A stretch of 64,000 nt of DNA from Spirochaetia bacterium (GCA_049515135.1 JBEKUJ010000001.1:41593-105592); one strand, 5' to 3'. Numbered from the stretch's first letter, positions 20,164-29,815 are shown. Numbers and translations: made by a program. The notes: generated by a model from the sequence alone, not told the origin.

Positions 20164-20265
20164 TTTGTACGCTCCTTGGGTCCCGGCAGAGTTCCCCTAA
20201 CGTAGTATTGTGAAATGCGATGCGGTTTGCAAGTTGTCCAGGGATTGTTGGGTCCGGATCCGCCC

Positions 20266-22239
20266 CTATTTCACTCTCGCCAGGGCGTCCTGCACTGCCG
20301 TGAGGAGGGTCCGCTGGTGGAAGGGCTTCTCCACTACGCCAAGAGCGCCCTCTGAAAGAAGCTCCTGGACGGAGCCATCCGTGATGTGACCGGTGACGAT
20401 GAGCACGCGCGCCCGGGGGTCCGCTTTCCGCAGGAGCTTCAGGCATTCCCGGCCTCCCATGCCCACCATCACAATGTCCAGCACCACCAGGTCGATCCCG
20501 GCGCCTGTCCCAAATCGCGTCAAAGCCTCCCTGCCGTCCTGCGCGGCAATAGCGGTATAGCCGCTGCCCCTGAGCATCCTCATGATCACTTCACGCACCT
20601 GGGGATTGTCGTCCACCACCAGGATAGTGCCGTGCCCTGACGCGCGGCTGGGCTCAGCCCAATCTCGCGCCGTGGTCTCGATCTGCCGTTCGCTCTTGGG
20701 CAGAAATACTTCGAATATCGACCCCTTTCCAACAACGCTTTCCACGTTGACAAAGCCGTGATGCCCCGCGACGATGCCGTAGACAACGGCAAGCCCCAGG
20801 CCCGTTCCGCTGCGCTCGGTCTTCGTGGTAACAAAAGGGACAAAGAGCCTTTCCAGGAGCTCCGGGGGCATCCCCACGCCCGTATCGCGCACCTGCAGCT
20901 TGACGAACTTGCCCGGCCGCCCGTTCACGTATTTCATCGCCTCACTGTCGGAGAGCTCCACCAACGACGTCACGATGGTGAGGTTCCCTCCGGCGGTCCT
21001 CTCCACCTGATCCATCATTGCGTCGCGGGCGTTGACACACAGGTTGACAAGGACCTGGCTCACCTGGTTCGAGTCCGCCTCTATGTTGACCACGGAAGGG
21101 GAGAGAGAAAGGTCGATGACGATCTGCGGCGGGAAGGTGTGCCTGAGAAGCTGCAGAGTCTCACGGACGATGTCGTTGAGAGAGACGATCTGAAGCTCAC
21201 CGGCGGCCTGCCTGGTGAAAAACCGCAGCTGACGGGTCAACGCAGTACCCCTGTCCACTGCGGTCGTTACCTGCATCAGGTCCCTGTGCAGCTCGCTCTC
21301 CCGCGGAGCGTCGACCAGCAGCAGCTGCAGATAGCCGTTGATGACGGCAAGAAGGTTGTTGAAATCGTGCGCAATGCCGCTGGCCAGCTGCCCCAGGGCT
21401 TCCATCTTCTGCGCCTGGATAACCTGCGTCTGGAGCCTCTTTCTTTCAGTGACATCGATGAAGGAAGTCATGATGCCGACGGCCCGCCCCGTCTCGTCAC
21501 AGATGAGGGAAGCGGAGAGCTCGACATTGAGGTTGCTCTGGTCCTTGCGTTTGGCCACAAGCTCTCCGCGCCACCCGCCAACCCCGGGGAGCGTCTTCAG
21601 TATCTTCCCTGCTTCTTCGCCGACCCAGAAATCCTCAAAATGCCCGCCAATCACCTCCTTGGGAGACTCGAACCCCCAGAGCGTGAGGAAGGAAGGGTTT
21701 ACATATGTGACTCTGCCGTCGAGGTCGGTGAGCATGATGCCGTTGATCGAGGTGCTGATGGCATGGTCCTTGATCAGAAGCTCGTAACCCTGGCTTTGCA
21801 GGGCCGTGGAGAGGGCGCGGCGCAGCTGCTCCTGGTCCGAAAAGATCTGCGACTCCCGGGCTTTCATGAAGCCTTCCAGGAGGGGGGAGGTAAAAGAATC
21901 CATGGCATCGAAACACGCAGCCGCCGGTTGCGCGTCGGTGCCGAGCTGCTCCGCGTAGAAACGATGGATGGTGGACACCAGGAGGACCATCGTTCTCTCA
22001 GCCACCCCCTCCAGTGCGATGCTCTGACCGTATGAAAAAGCGTCATCCGGGCTCGGTGAATCGATGAAGCGGGAAAACCTCTCAGCGATTTCAGCGCCCA
22101 GCTCCGCAAGGCGCCGAGGGTGCAAGGTGTAGGGGTTGTCGAACGCCCCTTGTCTCAGTTGGGAAGCAAGAACAGCTGCAAGATCATCGCGTTTCCGTTG
22201 GAAAAAGGCACCGAGAGGATTCACAGCCATCCAGCGCAT
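20266..22239 (-). CDS. Hybrid sensor histidine kinase (PAS - HisKA - HATPase_c - C-terminal receiver domain)
   Basis: A PAS-like segment (INGIMLTDLDGRVTYVNPSFLTLWGF) is followed by an H-box (LASGIAHDFNNLL), an ATPase G-boxes segment (DTGVGMP...GTGLGLAVV) and a C-terminal REC domain (ILVVDDNPQVREVIMRML...LVVLDIVMVGMGG...VLIVTGH). Confidence 0.85.
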   Translation of the reverse strand: MRWMAVNPLGAFFQRKRDDLAAVLASQLRQGAFDNPYTLHPRRLAELGAEIAERFSRFIDSPSPDDAFSYGQSIALEGVAERTMVLLVSTIHRFYAEQLGTDAQPAAACFDAMDSFTSPLLEGFMKARESQIFSDQEQLRRALSTALQSQGYELLIKDHAISTSINGIMLTDLDGRVTYVNPSFLTLWGFESPKEVIGGHFEDFWVGEEAGKILKTLPGVGGWRGELVAKRKDQSNLNVELSASLICDETGRAVGIMTSFIDVTERKRLQTQVIQAQKMEALGQLASGIAHDFNNLLAVINGYLQLLLVDAPRESELHRDLMQVTTAVDRGTALTRQLRFFTRQAAGELQIVSLNDIVRETLQLLRHTFPPQIVIDLSLSPSVVNIEADSNQVSQVLVNLCVNARDAMMDQVERTAGGNLTIVTSLVELSDSEAMKYVNGRPGKFVKLQVRDTGVGMPPELLERLFVPFVTTKTERSGTGLGLAVVYGIVAGHHGFVNVESVVGKGSIFEVFLPKSERQIETTARDWAEPSRASGHGTILVVDDNPQVREVIMRMLRGSGYTAIAAQDGREALTRFGTGAGIDLVVLDIVMVGMGGRECLKLLRKADPRARVLIVTGHITDGSVQELLSEGALGVVEKPFHQRTLLTAVQDALARVK

Positions 22240-22282
22240 TATACGGAAATGGGGCTCTCGAGCAAGCTCCGGGATTCACCCG

Positions 22283-23191
22283 TCAAACGCCAAGCAGCTT
22301 CAGCTTGTCGTCGACAAACCTCTTTGCGCGGGGGATGTCGCTTTCCCCGTCGACGTGCTCCACGATGAGCGGGACGTTGGGACTCTTCTCCGAGAGCCTC
22401 CTGAGGTACAGGTCATAGTTCAACGATCCCAGCCCGGGTGCGGGCAGCTCCACGTCCCCGGCGCCGCGGAAGGTGTGCGCCTCCGATGCATCCAGGTTCT
22501 TCACGTGCTTCTCTTCCACCTTGCTGGTCCGCTTGCAGTCCTTTGCATGCGCAATCCTGATCCTGTCCGCCAGGGCGTTGAAAATCCTGTTGATCTCTCC
22601 GTCGATGTCATCGATGTTCGCGTTGTCGAAGTAGTTGGTGGGATCCATGAGCAGGCCAAGGGAGGAATGGTTCACATCACTGAACAGGCGCTGGACCTCT
22701 GCAACCGATCCTATGACATTGTTCACGTAGTTCTCAACCAGAAACACCGCTCCGCAATCCGAGGCTTCCTTGACGATCTCCGTAATCACCGTGAGCGCGT
22801 CCTCGTAGCCGGCCCGGGTCTTGTTCTTCGGGTCGTGCACCCAGTCGCTCTTCATGTTGAACGTGCCGGTCTCCGAGACCACATATGGCGAGCCCAGCTC
22901 CCGGGCATGCCGCAGGATCTCCTTGAGGTAGCCGATTCTTTTCTTCCGTTCCCCGAGGTCCGGGTGGACGATGTTGGTGTACGCTGAAATGCAGCATACG
23001 GGGAGGTTTGCGTCGCGGAATGCGTTTCGGATTCTTTTGCACTTGTCCGCCGTTATGTTCCCCGCGCTCAAGTCGATGTCCTTGAAGCTGAGATCCAGCT
23101 GGACCGTGGAGAATCCCGCTGCCTTGATCTTTGCGATGGTTTCCTCCAGCGTGTAAGGGAAATAGCCGTTGAACACCCCAACTGGAATCAT
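22283..23191 (-). CDS. Sugar phosphate isomerase/epimerase (xylose-isomerase-like TIM barrel, AP endonuclease 2 fold)
   Basis: The 302-aa protein has typical motifs (ARELGSPYVVSETG, VFLVENYVNN, RIRIAHAKD). It sits 16 nt downstream of the Gfo/Idh/MocA gene. Confidence 0.8.
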   Translation of the reverse strand: MIPVGVFNGYFPYTLEETIAKIKAAGFSTVQLDLSFKDIDLSAGNITADKCKRIRNAFRDANLPVCCISAYTNIVHPDLGERKKRIGYLKEILRHARELGSPYVVSETGTFNMKSDWVHDPKNKTRAGYEDALTVITEIVKEASDCGAVFLVENYVNNVIGSVAEVQRLFSDVNHSSLGLLMDPTNYFDNANIDDIDGEINRIFNALADRIRIAHAKDCKRTSKVEEKHVKNLDASEAHTFRGAGDVELPAPGLGSLNYDLYLRRLSEKSPNVPLIVEHVDGESDIPRAKRFVDDKLKLLGV

Positions 23192-23207
23192 CCCCTCCTC
23201 CTTGTGC

Positions 23208-24311
23208 TTATCGCATGATCTCTTCCAGGGAGACGGCCCTGCCTTCCTTGATGGAAAGGTAGCACGCGTCCACCGAAGCCATGGTCTTCAGATTGTCCTC
23301 CCCGTCTATCTCGGGAGTCGAGTCATCCTCCACGGCGCGCAGGAGCTGCGCCATGGTCCCCGCAAATGCGTCAGGAAACCAGACCTTGTTCCACCGCGGA
23401 AGGAACCAGCACCCCGGGCTCTTGCGGGAGGTGAAATCGATGGTGCTCGGCGTGGGCACAGGATAGTAGGGCCAGCCGATTGTCCCCCGCGCCATTCCCT
23501 CCGTTCCTTCCACGCGCCAACGGATGTAGATATCCTTCTCCGTTCCCTCCCCCGGCCAGGCCCACACGTCGTCCAGGCTCATGGCGCGCAGGCCGCTTTC
23601 GTACTCGAAGATGTACATGACAATCCCGTCCGTATGGCTGAACCTGGTGCGCGGGTCCGTTCGGGCGCTGGCCAGAATCCTTTGGGGATCACCGAAGAGG
23701 TACCGAAATACGTCGATGTGGTGGATGCTCATGTTCAAGAGGGTCAGCCGATCGTAGTCCTTCAGGAACGTCTGCCAATGGGGGATGGCGCGCATCTCGA
23801 TTGTGGCCAGCACCACCTCTCCGAGGTAGCCCCTCTGGATGATGGTCTTGAGGGCGCGGATTGACTGGTCGTAGCGCATGTTGGAGTTCACGCCAAGCTT
23901 CTTCCCCGCCCTCCGGCAGACATCGACCGCCTGCCGGGCCTCCTGGAGGTTCATCGCAAGCGGCTTCTGCGCCAGGATGCCCTTGATGTTCCTGCATTTC
24001 GCGGCTTCGGTGATGATCTCAAGCTGCTGATCCGGCGGGAAAGCAATGTCAAGGATCTCGACAGCGGGATCCTTGATCAGCTCCTTCCAGTGATCGAACA
24101 CGCGGGGGACCCCGCGGAGCTCTGCCGCTTCTTTTGCATGCGCCGGGGTTCGCGAGGCAATCGCAACAGGGTGGAAACCGGCTCCCTTGTACGCCACAAG
24201 GTGGATGTCCCGCATGATGAACCCCGCGCCAATGCAGCCAATCCCGTAATCCATGCGTTTCGGCAATTGTGGTTCGATGTTCATTTCGAGATCGATCGTC
24301 GAATGGGCCAT
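23208..24311 (-). CDS. Gfo/Idh/MocA family NAD(P)-dependent oxidoreductase
   Basis: A Rossmann N-terminus (YGIGCIGAGFIMRDIHL) and a family-typical EKP motif (ILAQKPLAMNLQEA) are present, with a C-terminal alpha/beta domain. Confidence 0.85.
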   Translation of the reverse strand: MAHSTIDLEMNIEPQLPKRMDYGIGCIGAGFIMRDIHLVAYKGAGFHPVAIASRTPAHAKEAAELRGVPRVFDHWKELIKDPAVEILDIAFPPDQQLEIITEAAKCRNIKGILAQKPLAMNLQEARQAVDVCRRAGKKLGVNSNMRYDQSIRALKTIIQRGYLGEVVLATIEMRAIPHWQTFLKDYDRLTLLNMSIHHIDVFRYLFGDPQRILASARTDPRTRFSHTDGIVMYIFEYESGLRAMSLDDVWAWPGEGTEKDIYIRWRVEGTEGMARGTIGWPYYPVPTPSTIDFTSRKSPGCWFLPRWNKVWFPDAFAGTMAQLLRAVEDDSTPEIDGEDNLKTMASVDACYLSIKEGRAVSLEEIMR

Positions 24312-24431
24312 CCCCCCTCCTTCGCCGTGCGTGATCTCTGAAGTCTACATCATCCCTTATTCGCCTGTCGATGTTCGGACGGAACGCCGCTTTACGACCC
24401 ATCAGAAAAATAGATACTTTCTATCAACACG

Positions 24432-26411
24432 ATGAAGCGATCAGGCGGCAGCCCCAAGTGCTCGCGCTTTGCAAAGACAACCGGCATCGTTGCTGCCGGC
24501 TTTGTCTCACTCGTTATGCTGTCAACGTGCAACCTGAACAGCGTGGCAGGCGGTGGGGGCAGGATCTCGGGCACTGTAACACTGAACGGCGTAGGCCTGC
24601 CAGGAGTAACTCTTCTTCTCAGCCCGGGTTCAACCTCGACAACAACAAACGCAAACGGTGCCTACACAGTCGTGGCATCCTCCCCGGGAACGTACACCGT
24701 CACACCAAGCCTGGGCAGTTACGCATTCAGCCCCGCCAGTCAGCAGGCAACGCTCTCCAGCGCAAGTGCCAGCTATTCGGGGGCAAATTTCACGACCATT
24801 CAATACTCTCTGCGCGGGCTATGGAGCTCGCCAAGCCAATCTGGCTCGCTGAACCTTGTTACGACTTCATCCCTCGCGTCCAGGCCCGCTTCTCAAGCTC
24901 TCCGCGTGAAAGCGCTTTCCAAAGTCTCCTACCAGCAAGCGACGGACAGAATAGTTGTGCGATACAGGACTGGCATTGCGAGGAGCCAATCCCTAGCCTC
25001 CCGTGTGCTTAGCCAAGGCAAGGTGGTGCAAAGGGTCACCACTTCCCGCCTTATGTTTGACGCCGTTAAGATAGACACCAGCAGCGGCAAGACCCTTTCC
25101 GACGCTCTTGCATATTACCGAAGCTTGCCGGAAGTGGCTGATGCCCGACCCGATGGTATTGTCCACGCCTTGGGCACGCCCAACGATACGAATTGGAACT
25201 GGCAATGGGATTTGCAACAGCTCAATATGCCGACCGTGTGGAGCACAGTGACGGGTGCCCCTGGAGTGGTGGTAGCGGTGCTGGATACCGGCCTGTATCG
25301 GTCCTTGCCGGATTTTGCCGGGTCGTCGACGAATCCCACACACGTCCAACCTGGATACAACGCACTCACAAGCACTGTGGATACCTCGACGACACACGAT
25401 CCAACGGCTTCATCCGACGACAACGGGCACGGCACACATGTTTCCGGAACGATTGCCGAGGCATCAAACAACGGCTTCGACGTGGCTGGGATGGCGTATG
25501 GGGTCACCCTGCTGCCGGTGAAGGTCCTCGACCAGACAGGGTCGGGATACTGGTCTGATGTTGCCGCAGGAATTGAATGGGCCATCACGCAGACGCCAAA
25601 GCCGGCCGTCATCAATATGAGCCTGGGCGGCAGCATTGGGGACCCGAGCCTTTTGCAGGCAGTCGAGGATGCCTACAACGCGGGCGTTGCAGTCATTGCC
25701 GCTGCCGGCAACGAAAGCCTGCCCTCAATGGACTACCCTGCCGCTTACCAGCCCTATGTGCTTTCCGTGGGCGCGACCGGTTACAACAAGGAGCTTGCCT
25801 ACTATTCGAACTACGGATCGCAACTCGACGTTGTGGCGCCTGGTGGAGACGACAGCGTTGTTACGAACAGCGCCAGCCCGAACTACTACGAGGACTGGAT
25901 AACGCAGGAAACCATCAACGGATACAATTCAACCACTGGCACGACAGACTACGGCTATGCTCTCTGGTGGTACGAGGGAACGTCAATGGCCACGCCTCAC
26001 GTCTCGGCGCTGGCCGCACTCCTGGTATGCCAGAACTCTTCGCTGACACCCGCGCAAGTCTACGACAGAATCGAAAGGACTGCAGACAGCCTGGGTGCGG
26101 CCAGTACATACGGTTACGGGCTGATCGATCCCGCGGCTGCCATAGTGGCTTCCGGCGGTACGTATGACCAAAGCCAGACAGTTACCGGGGCTGTCCAGGT
26201 AGCAACGCCATCGAGCTACACTTTTGCCGCGGCTGCAAACAGCGCAGTGAAGTTTGAGGGGAGTCTTTCGCCCATGTCGGGAAGCTTGACGCTCAAGCTC
26301 TATGACTCCAACAACAACCTGCTGTCAAGCTCGTCCGGGTCCCCTACGGTGTTGTCATTTACCTTCACGGCGGCGGGAACCTACCGGATTGAAGTGGACT
26401 ATATTCCATAA
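24432..26411 (+). CDS. Secreted subtilisin-like serine protease (peptidase S8) with N-terminal CarboxypepD_reg-like domain, I9-like propeptide and C-terminal PPC domain
   Basis: The catalytic triad is visible: VAVLDTGL (Asp), DDNGHGTHVSGTIA (His), GTSMATPHVSALAALL (Ser). An N-terminal signal is followed by GTVTLNGVGLPGVTLLL...NANGAYTV. The C-terminus has a beta-rich prepeptidase-like tail. Confidence 0.9.
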   Translation: MKRSGGSPKCSRFAKTTGIVAAGFVSLVMLSTCNLNSVAGGGGRISGTVTLNGVGLPGVTLLLSPGSTSTTTNANGAYTVVASSPGTYTVTPSLGSYAFSPASQQATLSSASASYSGANFTTIQYSLRGLWSSPSQSGSLNLVTTSSLASRPASQALRVKALSKVSYQQATDRIVVRYRTGIARSQSLASRVLSQGKVVQRVTTSRLMFDAVKIDTSSGKTLSDALAYYRSLPEVADARPDGIVHALGTPNDTNWNWQWDLQQLNMPTVWSTVTGAPGVVVAVLDTGLYRSLPDFAGSSTNPTHVQPGYNALTSTVDTSTTHDPTASSDDNGHGTHVSGTIAEASNNGFDVAGMAYGVTLLPVKVLDQTGSGYWSDVAAGIEWAITQTPKPAVINMSLGGSIGDPSLLQAVEDAYNAGVAVIAAAGNESLPSMDYPAAYQPYVLSVGATGYNKELAYYSNYGSQLDVVAPGGDDSVVTNSASPNYYEDWITQETINGYNSTTGTTDYGYALWWYEGTSMATPHVSALAALLVCQNSSLTPAQVYDRIERTADSLGAASTYGYGLIDPAAAIVASGGTYDQSQTVTGAVQVATPSSYTFAAAANSAVKFEGSLSPMSGSLTLKLYDSNNNLLSSSSGSPTVLSFTFTAAGTYRIEVDYIP

Positions 26412-26886
26412 TCCTCAGTGGCTGCTGCTTGCAATCTTCGCGGCAGGCTTCGCAGCGCCGTCCTACGGTCAAGGCGATACCAAGGCAGGGGATCAGCTGA
26501 CTGAGGATCTGCGCAACGCGCCAATGACTGTCACCATTGCCGGGAGCTCGGTGACGCTGGAGGCGCATGTATGGAGCAATCGCATGCCCACGCCCGAAGC
26601 CCACACCACGGCCGTGCGCGTCGGGGCAACTCTGAGGTTTCTTGGTGAAGCGAACCCCGGCGACATCACCGTTTCTCGGCTCTGGGCAGTCCCATCGAAT
26701 GGAGAACCTCTCGAGGCCTCAATTGTGAGCTCTCAGACCACGCGAGATGGCGTCCGAATTGCCGCGACCGTTCCTTTGCCTGAGGATCTGGCTGCAAACG
26801 TCTGGGTTGTCGCCGAGTTGAAGGATCTCGCGGGCCACCGGCTGCTTATCCGCTCGACAGAAACAAGAATCCAGAAAGTGCGTTAG
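26389..26886 (+). CDS. Small secreted protein of unknown function (about 165 aa); putative TTG start overlapping the protease 3' end
   Basis: The ORF has a strong GC3 coding bias. A signal-peptide-like segment (WLLLAIFAAGFAAPSYGQ) lies just after the protease stop. The only in-frame start that includes it is TTG at 26389; the ORF-track ATG at 26302 is inside the protease gene. Confidence 0.4.
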   Translation: MKWTIFHNPQWLLLAIFAAGFAAPSYGQGDTKAGDQLTEDLRNAPMTVTIAGSSVTLEAHVWSNRMPTPEAHTTAVRVGATLRFLGEANPGDITVSRLWAVPSNGEPLEASIVSSQTTRDGVRIAATVPLPEDLAANVWVVAELKDLAGHRLLIRSTETRIQKVR

Positions 26887-26957
26887 CGTAAGCCGCAGGG
26901 CATCTACTGGACTACTTCTTCAGATGACATGGCCGCCACATGGTGGGCTTAGGCCCC

Positions 26958-27674
26958 TCACGGAACGGGCGATGGCAAAGTCAACTGAAACCGACAATCT
27001 TCCGCGGTAGTTGGGAAGTTTTCACCCGTTGCAGCATCAGCAATCTCTATCCTGAATCCGGCTTCCCCGCCATGAAAATTGGCGTCAGTGAAGAAAATTA
27101 CCGGACTCGAATTGAAGTACAAGGAAAAAGTGCTGCCGGTCCCAGGGTATGTCACTTTGATCGTATTTATGATGTTCAATCCAGTATTAATATACGTTGA
27201 AGAAGTCCAATTCTGAATAGTCCCATAAGTACTATTCACTTTTCTCCCAATAAAGTACTGCCCGTCGGCGGAAATCAACACATAATAAAAATCGTTGGAG
27301 TCGCTGTAGCAAAAGATTATCCCGAATCCTGCATCTTTTGTGAGGACTCCAGAAACCTTCTTTACATTAGCTGACACAATCGTCATCGTGGCTTGAATTG
27401 TGTTTGCGTACGGATTAAAGAAGGCATAGTCGTAGTTAGCTGTCTCCGAAGTGTAAAACTGAATGTAGTTCCCGCTTGAATCGGTTTGCCACTTAATGGT
27501 ACTTCCGCCTCCGCCTCCACCGCCTCCTCCGCCGCCGCCGGAGTTGCTTGACTCGGCCGTCTTGAGGTTTGTCAGCACCGATATGTCGCCGCATCCCCAG
27601 AGGGCGAGAAGCAGCACCAGGAAAGCCGCTGCCAGGCGCACCAGCCGGAAGCCTTTCGGACTTATTCCTCCCAT
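26958..27674 (-). CDS. Lipoprotein with Gly12 linker and N/S/T/Y-rich beta-type C-terminal domain; mosaic GC composition
   Basis: It has a signal peptide and lipobox (LLLALWGCG), then 12 consecutive Gly encoded by a GGN repeat. The remaining ~175 codons sit in a markedly AT-rich stretch (about 26958-27495) against a ~65% GC background. Its start overlaps the upstream gene by 13 nt. Confidence 0.6.
   Translation of the reverse strand: MGGISPKGFRLVRLAAAFLVLLLALWGCGDISVLTNLKTAESSNSGGGGGGGGGGGGSTIKWQTDSSGNYIQFYTSETANYDYAFFNPYANTIQATMTIVSANVKKVSGVLTKDAGFGIIFCYSDSNDFYYVLISADGQYFIGRKVNSTYGTIQNWTSSTYINTGLNIINTIKVTYPGTGSTFSLYFNSSPVIFFTDANFHGGEAGFRIEIADAATGENFPTTAEDCRFQLTLPSPVP
27504..27539. repeat. 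(GGN)12 microsatellite-like codon repeat encoding a poly-glycine linker
   Basis: The plus strand reads tccgcctccgcctccaccgcctcctccgccgccgcc, whose reverse complement is 12 GGN codons. Confidence 0.9.
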
Positions 27675-29815
27675 ATGATTACTCCACTCACTCCGCGAAT
27701 CTCAGCTGCCCGCGTGGCTTCCTCTCCCTTGAGGTCCAGATATGCGAATTTCTCCGCGAGGTCGGGGTCCTTGGATTTCAACGCCGTGTACATTTTTTTC
27801 ACCTGGTAGTAGTTCTCCAGGTCGTGATTCACTTTTGCAACCGCCAGGAGCACGTCCGCGTTGTCCGGGTCTTTGGCATACGCTCGGTTGTAGTACTCCA
27901 GGGCTTTTTCCTTCTGATCGTTGATATAGAAGATATTGCCCATGTTCAGCAGGGCCGGGACATACTCCCCTTTTGCCAGCAGCTTGTCGAACTCCTGCTG
28001 CGCCTTGTCGTATTGGCCGTACCTGGCGTAGAGCACACCCAGGGAGTTCCTGGGCTTGCGGGGGTCCGGACTCTTGTCGATCTGGTTCTGCAGGGATGCA
28101 ACCCTGGAGAAGATCTCCTGGTCGACAAACTTGCCCGCCTCCTTCACGTAGCTGTCCACGACCGTGTCGGAGGGGGGCAGGTTCAAGGCGACCTCAGCGC
28201 CCGACAACCCCACCGACTCGTAGAGCGTCCACGCATCATGGATTGGATAGAAATCAGCCTGCTGCTTGGAAAGGTTCTCCCTCCATTCCCGGGCTCCGTC
28301 CTGCCAAGCTTTCAGGAACCCTGCGCTCTCAGTGACTTCAACGGGGATCCAGCTCTTGTCATTGCCGGCGCGTATGATCAGCTCATCAGGTCGAGAGAAT
28401 GTCTTCCGTGCATCGTCAGCGCCGAGTCCCGTGGAAAAGGCCATGAAGATGTGACCGGGAGTGGTGATGAACGCCGTTTCGATCCCCGCAGATTCCAGCA
28501 GGGCCGAGTACAAGACGGAGAAATCGCTGCACTTGCCGCCCTTGTACTGCAGGGTCTGCCGCGGGAACTGGATGTAATCTGCTACCTGATTGTTTGCCGT
28601 ATATGTCGGAACCGGATCCTGGGAATACGTCAAGCCGTAAAGCTGAAGCGCCTGGAAGAAGGCTATGGCTGTGAGAAGGTTCGGATTGATGGCTCCCTTG
28701 GTCTTCCCCTTCACCATGCTGTTGACATTCTTTGAGAACAGAAGGACGGAAGGGTCCTTGGTCGTGACAAAGGCGGCCGCTCTGCGATTGTCCGCCCACG
28801 TGGTGGCGTTCCTGTCGAGGATGGGGATGGCCTGCACCGCGCTCAAATGCTGCGGCTGCCCGTTGAGGGTGTAGGTCACGTCAATTGTTGCCTGCGCCTT
28901 TGTCTTTTCTGTGGTTTCAAGAATGGACGGGAGGAACAGGCCCAGCAGGTCCACTGACTTCGATTCACCCGGACCAAGATCTGTCGGGGCGGGGCAATCC
29001 GTGGGGTCAGTCATGAACTCCTTGATCTGAAACCTCACCTTGATGCCTGAAATTGGCTTGTCCAGGCCGTTTCGGAGCACAACCTTGCCAAGGGGATGTG
29101 TGGCGTAATAGGTGCGGAATACGGGGTAGATGTCATCAAAGGCGACATCCTTCAGCTCCACCACGGGTGCCGGCTTTTCCACCGGCTTTTCTTTTGGAGG
29201 CTCCACCTTCAGGGGCTGCGGCTTTTCCACCGGTTTTTCCTCTGTCTTTGGCGGCGTGACGGACTTGGCAGCGCCTATGACGTCATAGGAAATCCCGACG
29301 GAAGCCTTCATCCCGCTGTAAAGGCCGAAATAGTAGTCGAATGAAGTTCCAAGAGAGAAATGCAGCGGGCCGGGGAGAAAGAGCATTCCGGCGCCCACCG
29401 ATATGAAGGGGTTGCCGCCTGAGGCTGAGGAGTCACTCAGGAAGCTGTAGAAATACCCCGTGGAAAGGCCGCCCTGCAGAGTGGCCCATGGCGCAAGCGG
29501 GAACCCAATGCCCGCGCCAACGGACAACGCCACCGAGGAGACAGACAGCTTGGTGCCCCCGGTAGCTCCATGATAGTCGTAGTCGAAAGCGCCGGAAAGG
29601 AACCAGCGCTGCGAGGGCAGCTTGAACTGTGCGCCAGCAAGAACCGACCCTCCCACGCTGAATACGGAGCCGCTTGGGCCCACGGGAATGCCGACCGCCG
29701 GGCTCAACTGCAGGGACAGCTGTGAAGAAGATCCGACCACGCCCGGGGCCTTTTGATCCTCACCAAAGAGCGTGGCTGCACAGAGAATCAAAACAAAGAG
29801 AATGAGTTTACGCAT
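27662..29815 (-). CDS. Outer-membrane beta-barrel (N-term) - Pro/Glu/Lys-rich linker - transglutaminase-like cysteine peptidase domain - TPR repeats protein
   Basis: After a signal peptide there are about 190 aa of alternating-hydrophobic beta-strands ending in aromatic residues (OMP_b-brl-like). EKPVEKP linker repeats follow. A transglutaminase-like core carries Cys/His (GGKCSDFSVLYSALLESAGIETAFITTPGHIFMAF). C-terminal TPR-like repeats are present (LGVLYARYGQYDKAQQEFDKLL...ALEYYNRAYAKDPDNADVL). Confidence 0.7.
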   Translation of the reverse strand: MRKLILFVLILCAATLFGEDQKAPGVVGSSSQLSLQLSPAVGIPVGPSGSVFSVGGSVLAGAQFKLPSQRWFLSGAFDYDYHGATGGTKLSVSSVALSVGAGIGFPLAPWATLQGGLSTGYFYSFLSDSSASGGNPFISVGAGMLFLPGPLHFSLGTSFDYYFGLYSGMKASVGISYDVIGAAKSVTPPKTEEKPVEKPQPLKVEPPKEKPVEKPAPVVELKDVAFDDIYPVFRTYYATHPLGKVVLRNGLDKPISGIKVRFQIKEFMTDPTDCPAPTDLGPGESKSVDLLGLFLPSILETTEKTKAQATIDVTYTLNGQPQHLSAVQAIPILDRNATTWADNRRAAAFVTTKDPSVLLFSKNVNSMVKGKTKGAINPNLLTAIAFFQALQLYGLTYSQDPVPTYTANNQVADYIQFPRQTLQYKGGKCSDFSVLYSALLESAGIETAFITTPGHIFMAFSTGLGADDARKTFSRPDELIIRAGNDKSWIPVEVTESAGFLKAWQDGAREWRENLSKQQADFYPIHDAWTLYESVGLSGAEVALNLPPSDTVVDSYVKEAGKFVDQEIFSRVASLQNQIDKSPDPRKPRNSLGVLYARYGQYDKAQQEFDKLLAKGEYVPALLNMGNIFYINDQKEKALEYYNRAYAKDPDNADVLLAVAKVNHDLENYYQVKKMYTALKSKDPDLAEKFAYLDLKGEEATRAAEIRGVSGVIIWEE

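Noticed and set aside
19300-20205. 301-aa plus-strand ORF overlapping the DUF574 methyltransferase
   Set aside because: It is antisense to a gene with a hallmark family motif. It has no recognisable motifs and shows the composition of a wrong-frame product.
20758-22035. 425-aa plus-strand ORF opposite the hybrid histidine kinase
   Set aside because: It is nested antisense to a kinase with clear H-box, G-box and REC motifs. It has high Arg/Gly/Asp content and no domain signal.
27504-27539. GC-rich triplet repeat initially resembling a CRISPR/VNTR-like array
   Set aside because: It is a single (GGN)12 run encoding a Gly linker inside a CDS, with no spacers or repeat array.
27569-28735. 388-aa plus-strand ORF opposite the transglutaminase-like/TPR gene
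   Set aside because: It is antisense to a gene with coherent domain architecture and has no motifs.
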